Of a DNA stretch of 52,217 nucleotides, positions 19,288 to 28,287 are shown one piece after another (positions within the stretch are counted from its first letter, which is position 1; the number at the start of each line of letters is the position of its first letter). Position numbers and translations under genes: made by a program. The stretch covers positions 1 to 52,217 of the forward strand of contig CAYIZT010000002.1 of NCBI GenBank assembly GCA_964368095.1. The letters run 5' to 3'. Source of the stretch: an uncultured Methanosarcinales archaeon. GTDB lineage: Archaea > Nanobdellota > Nanobdellia > Woesearchaeales > GW2011-AR9. A model generated the notes under the pieces. It saw nothing but the letters and a program-made list of their open reading frames with translations, ran no database searches and was not told the DNA's origin.

Positions 19288-20531
19288 TGTAACACCTCTA
19301 CTGCCTTTTTAACTATGCCGGCCAGCGTGGTTTCCGGGCCATGTACAATCATAGGTATTTCCAGATCTTTACCTGTTTGTCTCATCAGCTTCAATCCTTT
19401 TTCATAATTTGGTCCGCCTCTTCTTACAAAAATAGATATTTTTCCCTCTTGTAATTTAGTTTTATATTCTTGTAAAGCCATGATGATCCCGATAAATGTT
19501 TTTTCAACATCAGTAAAATTAGCAATCGCTCCCCCTATAATAAGCACTTTCCCTGCGGGATGACTTTCTTTGGTCATGAGACTTAGGATCGTTTTGGTAT
19601 ATTGATATGTCTCTTCAGCAGTAGGATTTCCGGAGTATTCTCCATAATTTGCGATCTCTTCTTGTTTTCCCAGATCAGCGATAGTATCAAGATAAATGAT
19701 GCTGGCTCCTCCTCCTGAAAGGATGTTCCAGATCCTTCCTTGAGGATTGAGAATAGTCAATTTCAATGAGGCACCGCTTTCTTTGTCCAGGGATGCGATG
19801 TATTCTTCTTCAGGATATGATTTCCTGCCAAAAGGTTTTGGGAAAGGCAAGGTTATGCCGCAGCTGTCTACCTGGGCGACCGTGTCGATGAGGACCATGT
19901 TACCATTTTGGTTGATGACGAAAGGATTGAATTCAAGATAGGAAAAATGATTCTTTCGAAAAACAGTATGTATTCTTTTAATAAAAGCAGTTATAATCTC
20001 TCTGTCTTCTTCAGGAATTTTTATGTTATGAATTTCTTCAAGCATAGAAAAAATTCCTCTTACGCCAAATTCATCACAATCATTAAGAGTTGGGACTGCA
20101 TATGTTACCACATATTTCCAGTTTTCCTCTACATTCATCCCGCCAACAGCTGAAAAAAAGATATTATCAAAATCCCGTTCTGAAGTGATGGAAAGATAAT
20201 ATTCCTTCTGGTGCTTTACATAGGGCTCGATCAAAAAATGAGTAAGTTTGTCAGTAACTTTTCCGATAGTTATCTCTTTGTCCAGATGTTCTTTTAGATA
20301 TTCTTTTACCTGATTAAAATCTGCGTCCAGCAGGACCAAACCTAATTTTCCTCTTTTTCCAAAGAGCTGGTCAGGTTTAATGGCCAATTTTTCTTTTGTA
20401 AGCCAGGTATACTGCTGGGGAAGTGCTTCTAGATTGGTAGAAGAATCTATCAAAATTCCCTTATATTCCTGCTTAAGATCTCCCAGAAGCAGCCTCTTAG
20501 CATCAAATTCGCGGATTTTTACTCTGGCCAT
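19284..20531 (-). CDS. aclB: ATP-citrate lyase, beta (small, ATP-grasp) subunit
   Basis: 415 aa starting MARVKIREFDAKRLL. ATP-grasp/SucC-like. 4-nt overlap with aclA. Confidence 0.85.
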   Translation of the reverse strand: MARVKIREFDAKRLLLGDLKQEYKGILIDSSTNLEALPQQYTWLTKEKLAIKPDQLFGKRGKLGLVLLDADFNQVKEYLKEHLDKEITIGKVTDKLTHFLIEPYVKHQKEYYLSITSERDFDNIFFSAVGGMNVEENWKYVVTYAVPTLNDCDEFGVRGIFSMLEEIHNIKIPEEDREIITAFIKRIHTVFRKNHFSYLEFNPFVINQNGNMVLIDTVAQVDSCGITLPFPKPFGRKSYPEEEYIASLDKESGASLKLTILNPQGRIWNILSGGGASIIYLDTIADLGKQEEIANYGEYSGNPTAEETYQYTKTILSLMTKESHPAGKVLIIGGAIANFTDVEKTFIGIIMALQEYKTKLQEGKISIFVRRGGPNYEKGLKLMRQTGKDLEIPMIVHGPETTLAGIVKKAVEVLQ

Positions 20532-20652
20532 AGGCTATTTTGCCTCAAATCTATTTTAAATAGGTTATGGAATCCTAAGACATGATTAAAAATATTCGTC
20601 TTCGGCGGGGTTATTTGGGAGAGTTTTTGGTTGCAGAAATGTTGTGGCAACA

Positions 20653-20660
20653 TTTTTAAA
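20653..20660 (+). promoter_or_regulatory. TATA-box-like element (TTTTTAAA)
   Basis: Centred about 26 nt upstream of ATG 20682. This spacing recurs at many genes in the window. Confidence 0.45.
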
Positions 20661-20681
20661 TCGCTCACTATCCGTTCCCTC

Positions 20682-21884
20682 ATGGTAAATGGCTCCTTAG
20701 AAGAGAAAGTAACAAAATTTGATAAGAAATTTGTTGATCAGCCTATTAAGCTGCCAAGCAGTCCTTTCTGGGATGTTTTCAAAAAATTTGGTCGAGATGA
20801 GGCTATCGCTATGCTTGTTAATGTCGCTGGAACAGCCGGTTTGGAACATTTTTTTTCCACTCCTTTTACCAATACTTTAAGTTCTAGAACAAAAGAATTG
20901 GCATTGATCGTTGCAGGTCCATTAGTTGAGAAAGCAGGTTTTTTTCCAGGACATTTCAAAGAAGCATTAGATGCTTATAAGGGCGCAACTGCAGAAGAAC
21001 GTGATTCTCTATCAACTTATTTTGCTCAAGCGGTGAAGGGAGGAAGTAAAAGTCTTTTACAAGATATTGTTGTTCATGATCCCGTGTATATGGGCTTAAT
21101 GTATGCTGGCCTGCATACCTATCCCGAAACACCTGCCTGGATTATTGCTACTACTAGTTTTGTGACTGCGGTATTTGCAGTTGCTGGTTTAGAAATAGGA
21201 GTTAATGAATTAAGGTACAAGAGATACAAACGTACTTTAAAGAATGCTGGTTTTGGTGTTGAATCGTATCTCGAATCCAGATTTTTGATTGATGCTGAGA
21301 AAAAACCGGAAGAAGTGATTGCAAGTTTTGTGCAAAAATTTAATCTTCCCAAAGTTAAGCGAGGGCATTATCACGACCGTTATATCGAGAATGTTCTCCC
21401 CCATTATAATAATCGCATTCCCCTGCTTCGTTTGCGCAGGAGAATTATAGAAGATGAAGAGAAGGAAGTAAAAAGCGCGCAAATAGTTTATACCAGGGCA
21501 TCAGAGATTAGCGGTGAAAGGCCGGAACAATTTCGTTATTTTCCCCAACAGAAGGACAAAATTTATTTTTTGTTGGACCAAGAGATGCCAGGAAGCACTG
21601 AAGAGATAAATTATCCGCAAGTAAGAAAGATGTTGAAGTGCGCGCAGAAAGAGGAAGAGAGCCATGTTGATGTGCATTTTAAAAGAACAGTTGCTTCCAA
21701 CCCTTCTTCATTGTTAGTTTCCGCAGATGAGGTTCAACAGGCAAATCCTTTTTATGTATTAGAACTGAAAGTGTATGACAATAAGCAATTGCTCCGGCAA
21801 GCCATGCAGTATGTTATGCGTGAATTCCCAGTACTGCAGACCACCTATAGAAAGCTTGATCTAGTTGGATTACGAGGAGTATAA
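20682..21884 (+). CDS. membrane-associated protein with C-terminal CYTH-like (triphosphate tunnel) domain
   Basis: The N-half has hydrophobic segments. The C-half has HYHDRYIEN, LRLRRR and VLELKV strands resembling CYTH. The start is moved to ATG 20682 (MVNG) behind a TATA box, because the track start is TTG. Confidence 0.35.
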   Translation: MVNGSLEEKVTKFDKKFVDQPIKLPSSPFWDVFKKFGRDEAIAMLVNVAGTAGLEHFFSTPFTNTLSSRTKELALIVAGPLVEKAGFFPGHFKEALDAYKGATAEERDSLSTYFAQAVKGGSKSLLQDIVVHDPVYMGLMYAGLHTYPETPAWIIATTSFVTAVFAVAGLEIGVNELRYKRYKRTLKNAGFGVESYLESRFLIDAEKKPEEVIASFVQKFNLPKVKRGHYHDRYIENVLPHYNNRIPLLRLRRRIIEDEEKEVKSAQIVYTRASEISGERPEQFRYFPQQKDKIYFLLDQEMPGSTEEINYPQVRKMLKCAQKEEESHVDVHFKRTVASNPSSLLVSADEVQQANPFYVLELKVYDNKQLLRQAMQYVMREFPVLQTTYRKLDLVGLRGV

Positions 21885-21966
21885 AATGGTATACTCTCTT
21901 CTCGAGAAAAAAAAGTAAATCAGAAATTTCCTGGGTTTCTAGAATATTTGACGTGATTTTAGAAAA

Positions 21967-21975
21967 CTTTAAAAG
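21967..21975 (+). promoter_or_regulatory. BRE/TATA-like element (CTTTAAAAG)
   Basis: About 28 nt upstream of ATG 21999. Confidence 0.45.
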
Positions 21976-21998
21976 TCAATATCTATCTCCGTGAGAGC

Positions 21999-22445
21999 AT
22001 GACCTCCTGTGACATGTGCGGACGGCAAGTTGCTTTAGTCACTGCTGAAGTAGAAAGGGTAGAGATGAATGTCTGCCAGAACTGCGCGCGCTTCGGCACA
22101 GTCCGTAGAAAAGCTGAAACCATGCGCGTCCCTCAACAGAAAATGCACAAGGAGCAGCCGTTTAGAGTGATTTCCAGTTACGCTTCTGTATTGAGGCAGG
22201 CTCGTGAGAAGCAAGGATTGAGCCAGGAAGATTTTGCCAGGTTGCTGCAAGAAAAGGAGAGTATTGTAGCAAAATGGGAGCAGGGACGGATGCCGCCTTC
22301 AGTAGAAGTGGCGCGGCGATTAGAGAAAATGTTAGGCGTTTCTTTGGTGACGGAAGATGTCGAGCAAATGTTTGAGAATGATAAGAATGTTCGCAAGGAT
22401 GGGTTTACCTTAGGGGATTTTATCAAAGTTAGGAAGAAAGTCTGA
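21999..22445 (+). CDS. mbf1: archaeal MBF1-type transcription factor (N-terminal zinc ribbon + Cro/C1 HTH)
   Basis: CDMCG...CQNCARFG zinc ribbon followed by an HTH (LRQAREKQGLSQEDFARLLQEKESIVAKWEQG). Confidence 0.8.
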   Translation: MTSCDMCGRQVALVTAEVERVEMNVCQNCARFGTVRRKAETMRVPQQKMHKEQPFRVISSYASVLRQAREKQGLSQEDFARLLQEKESIVAKWEQGRMPPSVEVARRLEKMLGVSLVTEDVEQMFENDKNVRKDGFTLGDFIKVRKKV

Positions 22446-22542
22446 TCATCTTTATTTTAATAAAACCTCTATTTATAGAAAATAACATTGATATCCTTTA
22501 AAATTTAATCCTGAAATGTTATTTTCTAATAAGCAAATAACT

Positions 22543-23016
22543 TTAGATTTGCTTTTCGGAGTACCGAAAATTAAAGTTATTTGCTATAAATGACAACATA
22601 TTCTCATACTTTTTTTGGGTCTCTTTCGGAGATTTTGAATAACTCTTTATGATCTTTCTGCAATTCTTCTCTCCGCAAGCACATTCCATGTCCCATTTAG
22701 GAATATCGACCAGAGTGCTGTAATCAAGCGTTATTTCTTCGCCAGCCTTTATTGAACGTAATGCAGCGATGAAATGCGGTTTCTTAAATCTGGCATTTGG
22801 GTCGCAAGAATGATTGACATAGTATCCCATATCCTGTTTGCCCGGTGTGAGCCATCTGTTTTTTCCTAATTGGACGCTGCGATGGTTGGCTTTAGTCCAG
22901 GGAACTACTTTTTCTGCGAAAACAAAGAGAATCTCCTCCTTTCTATGGGATTTAGTACTGAACACGCCCTTGCCGCAGCCAGGTGCCTCCCTGATGATGA
23001 AATTTGTATTGGTCAT
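22543..23016 (-). CDS. SET-domain protein lysine methyltransferase
   Basis: YYVNHSCDPNA, EEITLDYS and a post-SET-like CACGEKNCR. Confidence 0.8.
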   Translation of the reverse strand: MTNTNFIIREAPGCGKGVFSTKSHRKEEILFVFAEKVVPWTKANHRSVQLGKNRWLTPGKQDMGYYVNHSCDPNARFKKPHFIAALRSIKAGEEITLDYSTLVDIPKWDMECACGEKNCRKIIKSYSKSPKETQKKYENMLSFIANNFNFRYSEKQI

Positions 23017-23037
23017 AATTTTTTTGGGTTGTGATGA

Positions 23038-23487
23038 TCAGAATAATTTGATGACTGTAAAATAGGCCACGGCTCCGACAACAATCCCTCCGACAACATC
23101 GATCAAGTAATGTTTCCTAAGATAGATCCGTGAATAGGAAACTAAAGCAGCAACAATAGTGCAGAGGATAGTTAGATATATATCAGCAAAATGGACGCTG
23201 AAAATCAGGGCTAGGAATACGATCCTTGCGCTATGCAAGCTGGGGAAAGAAGAAGCATCGATCTTTTCAAGAAGGCCGGAATAGTCTTTTTTCTTTGGTC
23301 TGGGCTTGAAATAAAACAAGCGGATTACGATTACAATAGCCGCAGTAAGTATTGAACCGGCGATGAGCGGCACCAATAGCGGCGAGGAGATAAATAATAG
23401 TGTAAGTAATAGTGAGGCGGCAAATCCGCCCATGGCGGTGACATCCCTAAAGAAGGTATGTAATTGTTTTTGTATGGTTTTGTTCAT
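23038..23487 (-). CDS. PAP2-family membrane phosphatase (possible polyprenyl-diphosphate phosphatase)
   Basis: The three PAP2 motifs are present: KPRP, FPSLHS and SRIYLRKHYLID. Confidence 0.7.
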   Translation of the reverse strand: MNKTIQKQLHTFFRDVTAMGGFAASLLLTLLFISSPLLVPLIAGSILTAAIVIVIRLFYFKPRPKKKDYSGLLEKIDASSFPSLHSARIVFLALIFSVHFADIYLTILCTIVAALVSYSRIYLRKHYLIDVVGGIVVGAVAYFTVIKLF

Positions 23488-23534
23488 GTGTTTTGAGAAG
23501 AATTAATAGTTAATAAAAACTTCGTTGGTTTTGC

Positions 23535-24320
23535 TTATGTCATTAGCTCAGGAACATATGGTAAGCTCTGCTTAAACAAATTTTTTCTTCTAAATTCTAA
23601 GACAAAATGTACGTCTTTCTCTTTAAAGCCTTCTTTGACTAATTCTGCTGGTGTGAAACCGTTAAAATGATAGGCAAGAATTTGGTCTACATTACTTATT
23701 CCAATTCGGACCAACTCGGTGCGCATAATCTCGAAATCTTTTCCCTGCCAGGAATCAATTTTCGGCACTCTCTCTTGAATGTCTTTCGGTGCATCTAAGA
23801 ATGCTGCAAGTTCTTTTAATTGTGTTTTGAAAATTCCCCGTATTGGTTGAAAGCTTGCATCTAATCCAAAGATGGGGAATTCTCCTAGTTCGTATTCTGT
23901 GCGATTTAATGTCCCATACAATGGCGCTCCATTTTTATGTGAATAATCAAAAAGTATGCTTCTTTGTATTCTTGTAAGTAAATTAGTCATTTGGAGAGTA
24001 TTACCCTTTTCCGGATAAGTCTCTAACATAGGTCTAATATCCACTACGTGCCTATTTCTCTGTGGAAGTTCCAAAAGATCACAGATGCGATAAAATTCTT
24101 TACTGCTACGTTCTTGTTCATTATGTGGTAAATGAACCCCTATTACATTATCGCCGCCAATACTTCTACTAGCTAAATAGCCCGCAGTTGTTGAATCAAG
24201 ACCGGTTGAAAGTCCGATGACTAAACGTGAGAGTCCATCTTTTTCTAAAACTTTCTGCGTGAATTCAATTATTGATTTGGCGGTCAATCCTACATTATAT
24301 TCCAAGATTTTTGGCAACAT
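23535..24320 (-). CDS. nadE: NH3-dependent NAD+ synthetase
   Basis: 261 aa. PP-loop variant GLSTGLDSTT and NadE-like length and architecture. Confidence 0.7.
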   Translation of the reverse strand: MLPKILEYNVGLTAKSIIEFTQKVLEKDGLSRLVIGLSTGLDSTTAGYLASRSIGGDNVIGVHLPHNEQERSSKEFYRICDLLELPQRNRHVVDIRPMLETYPEKGNTLQMTNLLTRIQRSILFDYSHKNGAPLYGTLNRTEYELGEFPIFGLDASFQPIRGIFKTQLKELAAFLDAPKDIQERVPKIDSWQGKDFEIMRTELVRIGISNVDQILAYHFNGFTPAELVKEGFKEKDVHFVLEFRRKNLFKQSLPYVPELMT

Positions 24321-24329
24321 TTTTTTTAA

Positions 24330-25169
24330 TTATCCTCTCAATATTGCATTTAGAGCAAATGTTATGTTTTCTTTTCGCTCAAATATCCTATTTACGCAGT
24401 AAGGCACCCAATCTTCTCCGTAGGCAACATATTTCCAGACCTCATGGCCATTTTCAAGTAATTCTTCTTGAAGTTTGGTTCTTACTCCATAGAGCATCTG
24501 GAAACCAAATAGCTCTCTTTCAATTCCTCTCTTTTCTGTATATTTAATGAACTCATTAATAAGTTTTTGGTCATGAGTAGCTATATATGTTTTTATGCCT
24601 TTGTCCATTAACCTTTTTGCAAGTTTGATAAAATTTACATCAGCATCTTTCTTGGTTTGGTATGTTCCCGCACCATTAAATGCTCCTTTAACCAGGCGTA
24701 CAATCGGAACTACAGCCGTGAGATCTTCTATATCTGCAGCAGTGCGATAAAGATTGGCTTGCAAACAAATAATGGAATCTGTGTGTTTTCTTTTGATTTC
24801 GCTGTACAGTTGAAGCGTCTGGTCAACTGTTTTCGGAGAACGCATATCAATCTCTATTCTTACTTTCTGATGTATTGCTTCTTCTGTAACTGAATCTATG
24901 TCTTCCAGCGGTGTCCGTAGAGAGATGCTCCCTGTTATTTCTTTTTCAGATAAAAATTTCAAAGCTTTAAGGTAATCTCCTGAATCAGCTTCAATGGGAT
25001 AAAGAATTACCCCAAATCCATCCTTCTTCCATCCTTCGACTGCAGGAAGAATCTCTTCAAGGTTCTTTCCTAATACAAATTTCTGCGCAATCTTCTTTAT
25101 CGGGTCTGATGAAGAGAGTATCTTCTTTAATGCGCCATTTTGTACAAGATATCTTCCTACTGAATTCAT
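24330..25169 (-). CDS. proline dehydrogenase-family protein
   Basis: C-terminal YVAYGEDWVPYCVNRIFERKENITF matches the PutA/ProDH signature (YxPYG..W.PY..RR..E). Confidence 0.65.
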   Translation of the reverse strand: MNSVGRYLVQNGALKKILSSSDPIKKIAQKFVLGKNLEEILPAVEGWKKDGFGVILYPIEADSGDYLKALKFLSEKEITGSISLRTPLEDIDSVTEEAIHQKVRIEIDMRSPKTVDQTLQLYSEIKRKHTDSIICLQANLYRTAADIEDLTAVVPIVRLVKGAFNGAGTYQTKKDADVNFIKLAKRLMDKGIKTYIATHDQKLINEFIKYTEKRGIERELFGFQMLYGVRTKLQEELLENGHEVWKYVAYGEDWVPYCVNRIFERKENITFALNAILRG

Positions 25170-25771
25170 TTTTTCTGATTTATTTGGTTGTAGAGAGCAA
25201 TGGTCTGTCTTTCTAATGATTCAAAATCACCATCATTATGGACCGTATAATCTGCACGTTTCATTTTTTCTTCTTGAGACATAGTCTGCTGTTTAATGAC
25301 TGCTATAGCTTCCTGTTCGGAGAGATCAAATCCGTCCCGCTTTCTTGCTCTTTCCATCAGCCTGCGAATCCGTAAATCATCTGAGGTATAGCAAAAAATA
25401 ACTTTTCTACAAAACTTGTCCCATGATTTCTCATAAAGAGGAGCGCATTCAAAAAATACTAAATCTGCGTTTCCCTGAAGGAATTTCTCAACCACCGGAT
25501 CAGTGTATTTATCCGTAATGCCCCATAATTTTTTGCAATCTTCTGGATGTTCTTTCAGATAGCTCTTGAGACAGGTACGATCTACTGAGCCATCAACAAA
25601 AACAGCATCTCCTAAACAGTTGGCTATTTCTGCTTTACATCCCGGATTAGTATAAGCATCGTAAAGGAATGTATCGTGAGATACAACAACGGCATTGAGT
25701 CTTTTTAATACACTCGCAACAGTCGACTTTCCAGAACAGATATTTCCAGTTATCCCAATTAGGTGATTCAT
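25166..25771 (-). CDS. coaE: dephospho-CoA kinase, bacterial/eukaryotic CoaE type
   Basis: IGITGNICSGKSTV P-loop at the extreme N-terminus, about 200 aa. 4-nt overlap with the downstream ProDH gene. Confidence 0.7.
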   Translation of the reverse strand: MNHLIGITGNICSGKSTVASVLKRLNAVVVSHDTFLYDAYTNPGCKAEIANCLGDAVFVDGSVDRTCLKSYLKEHPEDCKKLWGITDKYTDPVVEKFLQGNADLVFFECAPLYEKSWDKFCRKVIFCYTSDDLRIRRLMERARKRDGFDLSEQEAIAVIKQQTMSQEEKMKRADYTVHNDGDFESLERQTIALYNQINQKK

Positions 25772-25893
25772 TGTTTAAAACAGGGAATGCACTTATAAAA
25801 AGGTTATGAAAATGAAATATCTCTCTCCCAGTGTAGTTTTTCTACTCAAAAAATTCAGAATACATTTATATACCTTTTTGCTTTAATCAAAGC

Positions 25894-26226
25894 ATGGTTT
25901 CAGAGCGTGCGCAGTTCATCATCAATGTTTCCCTGGGGTTACTTTCTGCACTTTTACTATTGATGTTATTAGGTGTAAAAATTCCTACTTTAGGCCAGGC
26001 ACAGTATGCATTAGACAAAGAAGAGCCGGTCTGCATGTTGGAGTGGGAAGGAGAAATGACCCCGCTGAATGACCTAGACCGATGCTGCCTGCAAGCAAAA
26101 CAGCAATTTGAATGTAAAGCGGAAAGCAAGGATAATTTAGATTGGCTCTGCGGCACCGGAGAGGGATTGCAGATGCGCTTGAATAACAAAGCGTATAATT
26201 ATTGCAAACAGCAGCCGTATTGGTAG
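25894..26226 (+). CDS. small secreted/anchored cysteine-rich protein
   Basis: N-terminal hydrophobic segment (LGLLSALLLLMLLGV) followed by 7 Cys in about 70 aa. Preferred over the antisense ORF 25887..26189. Confidence 0.45.
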   Translation: MVSERAQFIINVSLGLLSALLLLMLLGVKIPTLGQAQYALDKEEPVCMLEWEGEMTPLNDLDRCCLQAKQQFECKAESKDNLDWLCGTGEGLQMRLNNKAYNYCKQQPYW

Positions 26227-26250
26227 AAGTATTATTGGTAGAAGATTATC

Positions 26251-27339
26251 TTGAAAAAGAAAAAAAGAGTGGATGTCCAGAGAAAAGTGTTCTTTGCATT
26301 AGTAGTCCTGGTTTTATTGTTGTCAGTTTTAAACATAATGAAGACTAAGGGATTGTTGATCCCGCAGCAGAAGCCGGTCGATGTAAAAAACAAAGTGGTC
26401 GATCTAGATCAAATGGCTCTGGAACAAAAGATTGCGCAGATGGTAGTGGTGGTAGGCGCGAATGAGAATTACTGGCCTTGGAGGAATATGCAGCTTGGCG
26501 GGATACATCTATTTGCGCGGCAAACAGAAAACATATTCAACAATACCATCATCGATTTTCAGTACCAGATGCCGATCCCTTTTTTTGTGACCGCTGATTT
26601 GGAAGGCTGTGTAAGTCCTTTCGGATTCATCCGGCAGTTTACGCCAGCATCAGAAATAGATACAGTAGAAAAATCTTTCAATAAAGGTGTCGAGGAAGGA
26701 CAGTTTTTGCACAGGCTAGGGTTTAACTTAAATTTTGCTCCGGTAGTAGACCTAAAAGATGATATTTGGAAATGCCGATCTTTCCCTGGCAATGAAACAA
26801 AGATTTCAGAACTTGCAGAAGCATATCTTACCGGGCTGCAGACACAGCAAGTGCTGGCAACAGCCAAACATTATCCGGGAAAAACTCTCATCGTCAAAGA
26901 CCCGCATAAATATGTAGTGGCGGCTGAGATAGGTAAAAAAGATGTGTATCCATATGGATATTTAGTAGAGAAAGGTGAAGTAAAGGCAATCATGGTGAGC
27001 CATGTCATCACTACCGGGCAGATCGATTCCCAAGGGGAGCCTTCAGTAGTCTCAAAGAAAGTGCTTGACGAACTGCGCCAGAATTTTGACGGATTGATTA
27101 TCTCAGATGAGATACATATGCTGGGATTGAAGAAATTTTATAATTCTATAGATGAGATGTACGTCGCCGTATTCAAAGCAGGCAATGATGTGGTGCTTAA
27201 TTTTGATAATGATCCTAATGAGATCTACCGCATGATCCAGTTAGTTAAAGCAGCTGTTGAACGCGGAGATATCCCTGAAGCGCAGATCGATGCGTCGGTC
27301 ACAAGGATCTTAAAAGCCAAAGGTTTTACGGTTCGCTGA
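26251..27339 (+). CDS. glycoside hydrolase family 3 (NagZ-like beta-N-acetylhexosaminidase), membrane-anchored
   Basis: GGIHLF, KHYPGK and IISDEIHM motifs. N-terminal TM segment. TTG start as given in the track. Confidence 0.7.
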   Translation: MKKKKRVDVQRKVFFALVVLVLLLSVLNIMKTKGLLIPQQKPVDVKNKVVDLDQMALEQKIAQMVVVVGANENYWPWRNMQLGGIHLFARQTENIFNNTIIDFQYQMPIPFFVTADLEGCVSPFGFIRQFTPASEIDTVEKSFNKGVEEGQFLHRLGFNLNFAPVVDLKDDIWKCRSFPGNETKISELAEAYLTGLQTQQVLATAKHYPGKTLIVKDPHKYVVAAEIGKKDVYPYGYLVEKGEVKAIMVSHVITTGQIDSQGEPSVVSKKVLDELRQNFDGLIISDEIHMLGLKKFYNSIDEMYVAVFKAGNDVVLNFDNDPNEIYRMIQLVKAAVERGDIPEAQIDASVTRILKAKGFTVR

Positions 27340-28075
27340 GAAGGAAAGGGTCTTTAGCCAGATTTATTTTCTCTTCTTCATATGCTAAGCATTCTTGAGG
27401 GACCTGGCTGTCCATCTTCATAAATTCCGTGCAGAGGTATTCCATTAGCTGGTCAGCAGTTTGGTGTCCTTCAAACACTTTCTCTTCTATGACCAGGGCA
27501 GGAAATTGAGTGATGTTGTAGTTAGTGAGAAGAGTCTTGATCATTGGTTCTTCTGTAAAACCGGAATCTAAGGAGAAGATGAGCACCTTGTTGTCAAATT
27601 TTTTCTTGAGATAGATAAGAATATCCCCCTGTGTCTCATCACGATTTTCGTCGTAGAAATATAATATCTTCATATTATCCTGCTTACATTTAGCATCTAT
27701 ATCTTTTGCGAGAAGATAGAATTGGATCTCCGTCAAAAAATAATCCTGCAGCTGCAGCTTGAATTCATCTTCGTTGAATAAGGATTTTTTCTCGTAATCG
27801 ATTATGATGGCGACTTTTTTCCCCAATTCATTGATATTATTTTCCAGTATGGTGTGCAGGGTCTTACAGTCAGTCAAGCCAGAAGCGATATAGCTGTGCT
27901 GCAGCTGCAGGCTGCGTAAAGTAACTTTTTCGGTGAGAGCGATCTGCTTGGCGGAGGAAAGGCGCAGGTTTTCGATAAATAAACCAGCTACGATACCTCC
28001 AGAGAAGACTAAAAGAGTCAGCATAAAAGCCAGGATATATTTCTTGATGCTAGTCTTACGTTCCAACCCGCCCAT
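27326..28075 (-). CDS. hypothetical N-terminally anchored protein (possible thioredoxin-like fold)
   Basis: 249 aa with one N-terminal TM segment. No catalytic motif recognised. Confidence 0.5.
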   Translation of the reverse strand: MGGLERKTSIKKYILAFMLTLLVFSGGIVAGLFIENLRLSSAKQIALTEKVTLRSLQLQHSYIASGLTDCKTLHTILENNINELGKKVAIIIDYEKKSLFNEDEFKLQLQDYFLTEIQFYLLAKDIDAKCKQDNMKILYFYDENRDETQGDILIYLKKKFDNKVLIFSLDSGFTEEPMIKTLLTNYNITQFPALVIEEKVFEGHQTADQLMEYLCTEFMKMDSQVPQECLAYEEEKINLAKDPFLLSEP

Positions 28076-28103
28076 GCGGTTGCCTAGAGGGAGTGATTTA
28101 TAT

Positions 28104-28287
28104 GGTTTGCGGTCTAACTGGTTTTGTCCTGAATCTCACTTTGTTCGGGTTAGCATCGACTCACTCTTAGTATCGATTATTTTAGTGCGGTTCCCTCCCG
28201 GAAGGAACGTCCCCATCCGCAATCAAAGCGATGTCAAATCTATCGTTCGTGTATTGATGCTAACCTACATTCAGGACCGAGCAGGCC
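28104..28287 (+). ncRNA. candidate structured ncRNA (long interrupted helix + three inner hairpins); possibly a reduced SRP RNA S-domain
   Basis: Nested helices are GGUUUGC/GCAGGCC (28104-10/28281-87), GUCCUGAAU/AUUCAGGAC (28126-34/28269-77) and GGUUAGCAUC/GAUGCUAACC (28148-57/28256-65). An inner hairpin carries CCCGGAAGGAA with a GGAA loop (28200-03). G-U pairs form only when read on the + strand. GC-rich island in a 211-nt spacer. Confidence 0.45.

Noticed and set aside
28195-28215. RNase P CR-I-like GGAAGGAACGUCC
   Set aside because: There is no downstream complement able to form P4 (GGGGACGUU-like) and no ACAGAA-type CR-IV/V block.
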